This document shows positions 9,278 through 17,318 of a stretch of DNA of 64,000 nucleotides, piece by piece. Origin of the DNA: a virus. Lineage: Duplodnaviria > Caudoviricetes. Under the pieces are notes generated by a model that did no database searches, was not told the DNA's origin, and saw only the letters and a list, made by a program, of their open reading frames with translations. Position 1 is the first letter of the stretch; each line of letters opens with the position of its first letter. The stretch is taken from positions 32,001 to 96,000 of IMG/VR virus record IMGVR_UViG_3300048881_000698; one strand, 5' to 3'. The position numbers and the translations under genes were made by a program.

Positions 9278-9976
9278 TCAATCCAAAAGTATATTTTTTA
9301 TTTCGTTCTCTTCAAAAGATAATTTATTGTTTATTTTAACATCTTTTAAAGAGTTTATAAAGCATTTTCTAAGAAAACCTTCAAAGGGGAACATATAATA
9401 ACAAACACTTGAGGAAAATTGTTTTACAACCCAACCAACTCCATCTCTATTAATAAAATTCCAATACTTTTCTTCAGTTTTGTTTTTATAATCACACAAT
9501 ATCCAGTATCTGACTAACAAACCAACTTTATGTGCCCTGAACTCAAGCCAAGTGCGGCCCGGACTTGGTAAAGGTAATAAAAACAATAGACATGATAGCC
9601 ACCACAAGTTCCAAATTGCCCCAAATGCTAGTAGAGCAAATATCTGCGGCGATAGATAAAGAACGTTGAAAAGCCAGCCAAGTCTCTTTCTATCATAAAG
9701 GTGTATATACTCATGAGCTAATGTCTCTAATTCTATGCTGTTCCATTTTTTATGGCGGCGGCCCCACCAACTTGGAACATAGATATTTGGATATATCGTT
9801 GTGATCTGGCCTGTCATGAACCTCTTGTTGAAAAACAGAAAAAAAGATAGTGCTTTCATTAAGAGGTTGTCTTTTTTTTGCACTATCTTAAAGTTCGGAA
9901 CTCGATCCTGAATGTGCTTCAGGATCGCTCCTCTTTTCTTAAGGTGTTGTAATTCTTTAAGAGACATGGCTGACAT
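9278..9976 (-). CDS. Membrane-associated HExxH zinc metallopeptidase-like protein
   Basis: TLAHEYIH, hydrophobic hairpin, downstream WLEFRA glutamate. Confidence 0.65.
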   Translation of the reverse strand: MSAMSLKELQHLKKRGAILKHIQDRVPNFKIVQKKDNLLMKALSFFLFFNKRFMTGQITTIYPNIYVPSWWGRRHKKWNSIELETLAHEYIHLYDRKRLGWLFNVLYLSPQIFALLAFGAIWNLWWLSCLLFLLPLPSPGRTWLEFRAHKVGLLVRYWILCDYKNKTEEKYWNFINRDGVGWVVKQFSSSVCYYMFPFEGFLRKCFINSLKDVKINNKLSFEENEIKNILLD

Positions 9977-10001
9977 CCTCTGCCTCCTTATGTGTTACAC
10001 C

Positions 10002-10874
10002 TTACTTTTTTTGTTTTTTACCTTTCAGCTTGGTAAAGATGCGATCCGCAAGAGATTCTGCTAGCTGCTGTTTTCTGTCTTCATGGCCCGCGACGGATTG
10101 GCGACGTTGTTGTTCATACAAGGCTCGCTGTTGCTGCTGTGCGTAGTAAGCACGCTCGCGGTATGCTTGTTCCTGCATAACTTGTTGCTGCTGCTGTGCG
10201 TAGTAAACTCTTGCTTTAATCCTGTTGGACACTTCAGAGATGAGGTAGTTTTTAAGCTGCTTAGCCCTTTGACCTTCTTCAAGTCCTTCAAGTCCTTCTT
10301 CCTCTCCCATTCCCATGTCGGGAGGAGGCAGCTCTTCTTCGCCTTCAAGGCCCTCGAGATCTTCGAGTTCCTCTTCACCCCCGCCTTCTCCTTCAACATT
10401 GACTGGAATTCCGGTTGTATCTGTAATAGCATCAGCAATTGCAGACACCAGGTCTTCGACGGTTCCTTCGTCCACTTCACCTTCGAGGCCCTCGAGATCT
10501 TCAAGTTCGCCTAGGTCCTCTTCCCCTTCGCCTTCCATGGGAGGGGGTAGCTCTTCTTCCATTTCCTCTTCGCCCAATTGTTCCTTGACCGGTTGAGCAG
10601 TTGTTTCCGTTCCTTTCTTTTCTGTATATTCTTCACCGGTTTTCTTAAGACCAGATTCACTGCCGCCAGTTGTTTTCTTACCTTTGGTAAATACCGTTGG
10701 ATCGGTTTGTACATATTCTTCACCGGTTTTGTCTAACTCCGACAAAACATTCATATTTGCCAATTTTTGAAAACGACGAATTGTTGCTTCGTTGAGAAGC
10801 GTTTTATCTTCTGTCTTTGCCTCGGTGAGTACAGCCTTGTTGGACTTTTTAGTTCTCTTTCTCTTTCTAGCCAT
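10002..10874 (-). CDS. Acidic low-complexity protein, prohead core/internal-protein-like
   Basis: Glu/Gly/Pro-rich centre, many L-x-E motifs, late motif upstream. Confidence 0.6.
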   Translation of the reverse strand: MARKRKRTKKSNKAVLTEAKTEDKTLLNEATIRRFQKLANMNVLSELDKTGEEYVQTDPTVFTKGKKTTGGSESGLKKTGEEYTEKKGTETTAQPVKEQLGEEEMEEELPPPMEGEGEEDLGELEDLEGLEGEVDEGTVEDLVSAIADAITDTTGIPVNVEGEGGGEEELEDLEGLEGEEELPPPDMGMGEEEGLEGLEEGQRAKQLKNYLISEVSNRIKARVYYAQQQQQVMQEQAYRERAYYAQQQQRALYEQQRRQSVAGHEDRKQQLAESLADRIFTKLKGKKQKK

Positions 10875-10944
10875 AGTTAAACTCCTAATGCATTAGATTA
10901 ATTAGCATATCACATGTAAATAGTCGCTTAGGCACTAAAAAGAC

Positions 10945-11268
10945 TTATATTTTAGTGTGTTCTTTTAAAAACCTAGCTTTAGCTTCGTCGCAATCGTAAT
11001 AGTGTTCTAACAACTCTTTAAAATCTGGACAATTGTTAACTATTTTTTTGATTGCTTTATCTTGAATTTGTTTAACTCTCACAAAACTTAGACCAAGTCT
11101 GTCGGCGATTTCTCTCAGCGTCATTGTCTTCTTTTTTTTCATTGCAATCATCATGCAATTCAAATCTCCCTCATAATCAAGCCAGTTTTCGCAATCGCTC
11201 ACTGGACAAGAAGTTTTATTTTTGATGCAACAATTGCAACATTCTCTTAAGCTCATAGTTCTGGACAC
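10945..11268 (-). CDS. Sigma70 region-4-type HTH protein with Cys-rich N-terminus
   Basis: MTLREIADRLGLSFVRVKQIQDKAIKKI matches the region 4.2 pattern; CCNCC...CPVSDC. Confidence 0.8.
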   Translation of the reverse strand: MSRTMSLRECCNCCIKNKTSCPVSDCENWLDYEGDLNCMMIAMKKKKTMTLREIADRLGLSFVRVKQIQDKAIKKIVNNCPDFKELLEHYYDCDEAKARFLKEHTKI

Positions 11269-11579
11269 TCCTTTTCTAATAAATCAAATATGCTCTCAAC
11301 CTCTCCTTCGTTCAAAGCAAATTTATTTTTAGTCTCATTTGATCGTTCATATAATTTTTTAGATTTGGCTCGTTTCTCTTTGCTTTGAATATTATTTTTC
11401 TCTCTATACTCTTCAACAAAATCTACAATCCTCTCATCTCTCTCGACATATCCTGATATCATCAAACTAAAAAATTCACCCTGCTTTAAATCATCGGCAT
11501 GCAATCTTATTTTTAAATCAGCATGTACTTTGTCTAATTCTTCGAAAATAATTCGTTTCGTTTCTTGACCATGAATCAT
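11253..11579 (-). CDS. Hypothetical protein, possible ribbon-helix-helix DNA binder
   Basis: KRIIFE...VHADLKIRL...QGEFFSLMISGY pattern. Confidence 0.45.
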   Translation of the reverse strand: MIHGQETKRIIFEELDKVHADLKIRLHADDLKQGEFFSLMISGYVERDERIVDFVEEYREKNNIQSKEKRAKSKKLYERSNETKNKFALNEGEVESIFDLLEKECPEL

Positions 11580-11583
11580 CGTG

Positions 11584-12588
11584 TTATCTCCTTAGTATGT
11601 GTGTTGAACTTTCATACTGACCGGCTGGTGTTTGTCGAATAAATTTTGCCTCCGATTGCAACTCTCGTAAATTGTTTACTCCGGAATAAGAAAAACCACT
11701 TCTAACATTTCCTGCGATGTCACGAAGTATATCGGCGACAGGGCCCTTGTAAGGAATTGTGGTTGATATACCCTCTGGCGAGGAAGACTTGCCTCTCCAG
11801 TCCATTTGTGCGATTCTCGAGGCCATTCCTCTGTAGACCTTGTACTTCTTATTCCCGCTTGTGAAGATTTCTCCTGGTGATTCGTCAGTGCCAGCTAGCA
11901 TTGAGCCAAGCATAACAAAGTCGGCTCCTGCCGCCAAAGCTTTCACAATATCTCCACTATTTCTAATTCCACCATCAGCAATTAACTTAACGTCTCTATT
12001 GTTTGAATATGAGCATTCGTGTATTGATTGAAAAGTCGGCACTCCGTGGCCTGTGCTAATTCTTGTGCTACAGATGGAGCCGCCGCCGATCCCAACTCTT
12101 ATACTGTCTGCTCCCCAATCTGCTAAATCGTCGAAAGCTTTAAGAGTCGCAACATTGCCAGCCATCAAATGAACCTTTTCTCCAAAAATATCCCTTAATG
12201 TCTTAAGCGCGTTTTTAACCAAAATATGATGACCGTGAGCCACATCCAAACATAAATAATTTGTGCCGGCATCAAATAAGGCGCGAGCGCGTTCTTCGTA
12301 ATCTCCAGTCGCTCCAATCGCTGCAGCCGTAAAACCAATTGTCTTTTTGATAAGAGCGACTTGTTCTTCAATGGTATTATATCTATGTATAACACCTAAA
12401 CCGCCCTCGTTATGTATGGCATACGACATCTCAGATTCAGTAACCGTATCCATCGGGCTCGATATGACTGGCAACTCTAAATATGCAGTTGCGCTTAAGT
12501 GATTTCCAATATCAATCTCGCGCCTGCTCTTTATTTCTGAATACCTTGGCTCTAGTAAAACGTCATCGAAACTAAGATTTTCTTTCAT
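11584..12588 (-). CDS. IMP dehydrogenase / GMP reductase family enzyme, no CBS domain
   Basis: [33 protein letters not shown] (catalytic Cys), IADGGIR, YRGMAS, PEG. Confidence 0.92.
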   Translation of the reverse strand: MKENLSFDDVLLEPRYSEIKSRREIDIGNHLSATAYLELPVISSPMDTVTESEMSYAIHNEGGLGVIHRYNTIEEQVALIKKTIGFTAAAIGATGDYEERARALFDAGTNYLCLDVAHGHHILVKNALKTLRDIFGEKVHLMAGNVATLKAFDDLADWGADSIRVGIGGGSICSTRISTGHGVPTFQSIHECSYSNNRDVKLIADGGIRNSGDIVKALAAGADFVMLGSMLAGTDESPGEIFTSGNKKYKVYRGMASRIAQMDWRGKSSSPEGISTTIPYKGPVADILRDIAGNVRSGFSYSGVNNLRELQSEAKFIRQTPAGQYESSTHILRR

Positions 12589-12859
12589 TTAAGTCCTCTT
12601 CTTGTAAATTACAAATTAATTCATTTGCTCTGCCCCAACACTCAGGACAGTACAAATTAACTTTTTCTTCTTCCTCTCGTACAATCACGTACCAGGATTG
12701 TACCATCTCTTTATTTTTCTTATCGAAATCTTTCTCGCAGACAAGACAGTTCTCTGGTATCTGGCCAAACAATGCAACCTTCTGCACCATGTCCTTCTCA
12801 AGTGACTTCTTCTTTTGCTTTGCAGCATTTCTCCGAATCTTTCTTTCTAATTTTGACAT
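12572..12859 (-). CDS. Hypothetical zinc-finger protein
   Basis: CLVC...CPEC. Confidence 0.6.
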   Translation of the reverse strand: MSKLERKIRRNAAKQKKKSLEKDMVQKVALFGQIPENCLVCEKDFDKKNKEMVQSWYVIVREEEEKVNLYCPECWGRANELICNLQEEDLNERKS

Positions 12860-13329
12860 AGCGTATACACCTTTGGCTTTCTAAGACCGAACCAGGAGCG
12901 TTTGAAAACAACTATTGCAGATGGGAACGGAGCAGAGTTCACTGCGTCTCCGAACTTCAGTCTCCCTTTCACAAAATAAATTCTCTGAGATTTCATACAG
13001 TAATCATGCCAATACTTCGTATCTGTCCTTGCTGGCAACAGGCACACAACAGTCGTGTTTGAGTTCCTGCTTTCATCGTAAGCTTTTTTGATCCACTTTT
13101 TGATATCGCGGCCGTACGGCGGATTCATAAAGACAGTCTGGCCCTTCCAACTTCTTTTTAAGCCATTTTCCTCTTTCGTAAAATGCTTCCTGCACTTTGA
13201 ATTTTCAGGAGTGGCGCAAGGATCTAAAGTAAAATGAAATATTGAGTCTAACATATTATACAATTTTTGAGGTGTCTCCCACTCTGCTGACTTTGATGAG
13301 AACATCGTTTTCTGCGTACTTTTATTCAT
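12847..13329 (-). CDS. Phage DNA N6-adenine methyltransferase
   Basis: EWETP, FTLDPCA, VFMNPPY, LLPARTDT, GRLKFG, APFPSA. Confidence 0.92.
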   Translation of the reverse strand: MNKSTQKTMFSSKSAEWETPQKLYNMLDSIFHFTLDPCATPENSKCRKHFTKEENGLKRSWKGQTVFMNPPYGRDIKKWIKKAYDESRNSNTTVVCLLPARTDTKYWHDYCMKSQRIYFVKGRLKFGDAVNSAPFPSAIVVFKRSWFGLRKPKVYTLCQN

Positions 13330-13808
13330 TAGATCAACCCCGTGCTGCCAAACCCGCCTGCGCCGCGATCTGTTTCCACCTCAGAAGGATCGTCCCACAC
13401 CTCTTCTATTTGACACGATACAATCGGTACTAGAACTGCTTGTGCAATTTTTTGCCCGGGCTCTATTGTTCTAGTCGAACCGCCAATATTGTGAAGATTA
13501 ATATATACCTCTCCAGTATAGCCAGGATCGACAACGCAGGCACCAACAATCAACTTTTTCTTATGAGCAATGCCAGACTTATTTTTAATTTCTAACATAT
13601 GTTCGGTCGGCACCTCTACACGAAGTCCTGTTGGAACCAGGCAAGATGCTCCTGGCGGAATTTTATACACTCCTTCCGGCCTCCAATAACAATCAGACTC
13701 CGGATCCGGATTCGGGCAATAAAACAAGTCCAGCCCTGCATCAGTCGAATGTGCTCGAACAGGCATTTTTGCTGCTGGCCTGATTTTATAAAATTTAAGT
13801 TTCATCAT
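13329..13808 (-). CDS. dut: dUTPase (trimeric)
   Basis: DAGLDL, KSG, VVDPGYTGE, KIAQAV, RGAGGFGSTG. Confidence 0.95.
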   Translation of the reverse strand: MMKLKFYKIRPAAKMPVRAHSTDAGLDLFYCPNPDPESDCYWRPEGVYKIPPGASCLVPTGLRVEVPTEHMLEIKNKSGIAHKKKLIVGACVVDPGYTGEVYINLHNIGGSTRTIEPGQKIAQAVLVPIVSCQIEEVWDDPSEVETDRGAGGFGSTGLI

Positions 13809-13826
13809 AACTCCTTTTTGTCAAAA

Positions 13827-16800
13827 CTATCCTATTATCCTAAAACTACGGCGCAGAGAGCGAGTAGAGAATCCCCAATTTTCATCATAATCAAGTCTTC
13901 CCATGTATGGTCGGTTGATATAAACTTTATCACCGTCTCTTGGCGCCCAATACTTTATTTGCGTCAACATATTGTTCGAATCAACAACATCTATAACCCA
14001 ATAATCTTTTCCATTCTTTGTTTTTCTTTTTGCAACTTTTCTCGGTATGAACCACACCAATTCTAAATCTGGGTCATGATCTGAAATTGGCGGTATATAC
14101 AATTCTTCTAGTTTCTGTCTCACTTCTTCTTTCAAAACCAAGTGCATGGGAAACAATCCCGTAAGCTCTGACAAGTGAACAATCTTTTCTTCGACTGAGA
14201 ACTCTTTTTCATTCTTGTACTCTTCTATATTCTCCAGAAACTTTTTTGAATTTTTGGGACGATCCACAATAGCTGCTGACCAGAAGTGTTTCATTCCTAA
14301 AAACCTTTCGTCAGCAAGTTTATCCAAAGCGCCTGCCCTGCACATAACATCTAAAGCCTTTTTGTTGAGTTTACTATAAACTATTTCCTCGTGAAACAAT
14401 AAGTCCTCAATTATTTTAAAAGGTCTGTGCGCTAGTATCTGCTCAATAGCTTTGTCGCCTAATCCTTTAATTGCTGTCAAAGGTTGGATAAGGGTCTTGC
14501 CGTCTTGTGAAATTTCCCAAACTTCTCCAGAAGTATTAATATTCACCGGTTCGATTTTAAAGCCCATAGACTTGGCAATATTGACTGCGCGTTCTTTCCT
14601 CGATTCTGGTTCCTTATCGAGGAAGGCGGCCATCCACTCTGCGGGGTAGTAGTTGAACAACCACGCACACTGATAGCTGAGAACACTATAACTAACTGCG
14701 TGAGATTTATTAAACCCATACCCTGAAAAGTATTCAAATGTTTGCCACAATCTATCTGCTTGAGCCCTGGTTAGTTTTTTGTTCTCACATCCTCTAACAA
14801 ACTTTTGATAAATCTTATTTTTCTTTTCTTCGTGACTACCAGTTCCTTTCTTTGTCAAAAGTTTTCTTAGAGCATTGCCCTCATCTAAAGAAACGTTGTC
14901 TCCTAGTACATGAGCCAGTAACGCAATCTGTTCCTGAAAAATTAAGAACCCATATGTTTCTTTCGTCACATCCTTAACGAACTTATTAATATAGTGAATG
15001 TCTCGCGGGTTATTCTTAGCATCAACATAGTGCTGATCAACTTTGGCGCTTAGCGGGCCCGGGCGGTAGATTGAAGTAATCGCCGCAATGTCGATGATGC
15101 TTTTTGGTTTCGCTCTAACGCAGAAGCTTTGCGCTCCGGATTCCGTGAACTGAAAGACTCCAGCCCACTTGCCCTTGTGAAAAACGTTTTTGTACACTTT
15201 TTGATCATTAAGATTGATCTTGTCCGGATGCAAGCGTTCGTTGTAAAACTGTTTGACGTCCTCGAACGTAGGTTCACTTACGTTGTGGTGGCGTTTAAGA
15301 ACATGTCGAATTGCATCTTCGATCATTCGCAAGGAAGCCAGTCCTAAAATATCAAACTTGATAAAGCCAAGCGGTTCTAAATGTCTAACGTTCTGACCTT
15401 CGCTCCACGGAGTTTGTTTCACACCTCCGCTATTGATCAAGGGCATCCACTTGTCGAGGTCCTCACCTATAACTACTCCACCAGCATGTCTTGATATACT
15501 TCTAACCTGGCCCAATAGAGCATCGATGTGTGTTTTAATTTGAGGGTATTTAACAAGAAAGGACTTGAGGCTTTCAGAATACTCCATCACTTCATCAAAG
15601 GTAGGAACGTATACACCAGCCTTGATCCCGTGCGCTTTCTTAGCAATAGGGGTGGCTTCAGCTATCATCCTGCCAGTAACGTTGTTCACTTCTATAAAAG
15701 GAACGTCGTAAAACTTTGCGATGTCTTTGACTAGAGATCGAAGTTGTAGTGTATTATAATTTGAAATGGGAACCACTGTAGTTTCTCCCCATTCATCAAT
15801 CAGCATCTCCTTTACTTGCATCGGATCGGATACATCATAGTCAATATCTGGGTAGTCCACCGCATCTCTTCTCAAAAATCGAGAAAACAGCAAGCCATAC
15901 TTGATAGGATCAATTTGCGTAATACCAAGTACGTATGCAACTAAGGAACCTGCGGCTGAACCTCTGCCAGGACCGGTCAGCTGAATTGAACTTGACTTGT
16001 CTGCAATGGCGTGCATCGTCAAGAAGTACTTTGCGAAGCCGCGGTCCCGAATAACACATAATTCTTCTTTCAGTCTATCAACATACTCATCTTTCTTCTC
16101 GAGTTCCTTTTCCTTTAGGCCCTTGAGGCAGTGCTCTGTCAACGTCTGAACATCGCTCTTTCCTTTTGGCACAATAAACTTCGGGAGACGTACTTCATTG
16201 TCCGGCATGAAATCTTCAATTCTATCATGAGCAATGTATGCCGTTCTTTCAATAGACTCCTTTATAAGGTTATCATCGTAATCTATCTTCAGATCATCTG
16301 AATACTTGTGGTACGATTCCCACATTTGCTCGCCGTTTTTCGGGTATAGCTCATACCCAATCTCTTCCACATCTATTGGCAAGTCAGAGGACATCCACTC
16401 CGGAAGGCCTCCTTTGCCCATCCAACCGATTCTTTTGTATAACTCACGATCCTTCCAAGCATCTGGATTTGGGTAATGGCTATCGGCTGTTGAAATAAGT
16501 TTTACGTCGTACTCTTTGCAGACTTGAATTATGTGTTGGTTGAGTTCGTGCTGCTCCGGAATGTTGTTCCACTGCAACTCTCCATACCACCGATCTCCAA
16601 AAATGGATTGCATGCGCTCAGTGGTCTGGCGCATGGCATCTAAAACAGCAGCAGCCCCGCCATCCCTATGGTCCCAATAATTGCCAGCATACACACCGCC
16701 AAGACAAGCACTGGTAGCAAGTACTCCACTACTGCAACTCTCAAGAAGATCATAATCAAGACGAGGGTACCGATAAAAGTTTTCATTTTTGTAGCTCTCC

Positions 16801-17234
16801 GATATGAGCTTAAATATGTTGTTCAACCCCGTTTGGTTCTGCGCGAGAAGGATCAGGTGGTTCCTTTTCTTGAGGATATCCTTCATTTTTTGCTTAGAAG
16901 CTTTTTCATCTTCGATACTTAGAGAGATGTCATTTTTTTTTATTTTTTTCTCATTTTTTGCCTTTTCATACTCTTCTCGCCACATTTCGAGGGAAGGTAA
17001 GAAATATGCTTCTACACCAAAAATTGGCTTGAAGTTCTTGCCGTCAGCCATCATTTTCCTCGCATGTAGCACTTGATGGGGTAAACCATTCATGTGACCA
17101 TGATCGGTCAATGCAAGGGCATCTCCGCCGTTCTCATAGGCAAAGGTCATATGGTCTTGCGGGTAACCCAGACCATCGTTAAGGCTTAAGCCGCTATGTG
17201 CGTGCAAGCCAGCAAAAGATATTTTTTTAGGCAT
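13827..17234 (-). CDS. dnaE: DNA polymerase III alpha subunit (family C)
   Basis: PHP motifs HAHS and LTDHG, GPGRGSAAGSLVAY, YPDIDYD, HAGG, KFDILGL, YGFNKSHA. Confidence 0.96.
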   Translation of the reverse strand: MPKKISFAGLHAHSGLSLNDGLGYPQDHMTFAYENGGDALALTDHGHMNGLPHQVLHARKMMADGKNFKPIFGVEAYFLPSLEMWREEYEKAKNEKKIKKNDISLSIEDEKASKQKMKDILKKRNHLILLAQNQTGLNNIFKLISESYKNENFYRYPRLDYDLLESCSSGVLATSACLGGVYAGNYWDHRDGGAAAVLDAMRQTTERMQSIFGDRWYGELQWNNIPEQHELNQHIIQVCKEYDVKLISTADSHYPNPDAWKDRELYKRIGWMGKGGLPEWMSSDLPIDVEEIGYELYPKNGEQMWESYHKYSDDLKIDYDDNLIKESIERTAYIAHDRIEDFMPDNEVRLPKFIVPKGKSDVQTLTEHCLKGLKEKELEKKDEYVDRLKEELCVIRDRGFAKYFLTMHAIADKSSSIQLTGPGRGSAAGSLVAYVLGITQIDPIKYGLLFSRFLRRDAVDYPDIDYDVSDPMQVKEMLIDEWGETTVVPISNYNTLQLRSLVKDIAKFYDVPFIEVNNVTGRMIAEATPIAKKAHGIKAGVYVPTFDEVMEYSESLKSFLVKYPQIKTHIDALLGQVRSISRHAGGVVIGEDLDKWMPLINSGGVKQTPWSEGQNVRHLEPLGFIKFDILGLASLRMIEDAIRHVLKRHHNVSEPTFEDVKQFYNERLHPDKINLNDQKVYKNVFHKGKWAGVFQFTESGAQSFCVRAKPKSIIDIAAITSIYRPGPLSAKVDQHYVDAKNNPRDIHYINKFVKDVTKETYGFLIFQEQIALLAHVLGDNVSLDEGNALRKLLTKKGTGSHEEKKNKIYQKFVRGCENKKLTRAQADRLWQTFEYFSGYGFNKSHAVSYSVLSYQCAWLFNYYPAEWMAAFLDKEPESRKERAVNIAKSMGFKIEPVNINTSGEVWEISQDGKTLIQPLTAIKGLGDKAIEQILAHRPFKIIEDLLFHEEIVYSKLNKKALDVMCRAGALDKLADERFLGMKHFWSAAIVDRPKNSKKFLENIEEYKNEKEFSVEEKIVHLSELTGLFPMHLVLKEEVRQKLEELYIPPISDHDPDLELVWFIPRKVAKRKTKNGKDYWVIDVVDSNNMLTQIKYWAPRDGDKVYINRPYMGRLDYDENWGFSTRSLRRSFRIIG

Positions 17235-17262
17235 TTTTCGTTTCCAAATTTAGTATGTATCT

Positions 17263-17291
17263 AAGATAACATAACTATTTGTTCTTGTCAA
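17263..17291 (-). promoter_or_regulatory. sigma70-type promoter for the dnaE operon
   Basis: TTGACA-N17-TATCTT with an extended -10 TG. Confidence 0.75.
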
Positions 17292-17318
17292 GAAATTTCT
17301 TGCACAATGCCATATTAT

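Noticed and set aside
4908-17234. Interpreting groEL, clpP, guaB-like and dnaE as host chromosome flanking a prophage
   Set aside because: These genes are co-directional, interleaved with phage-type genes and late motifs, and there is no integrase, att site or compositional break.
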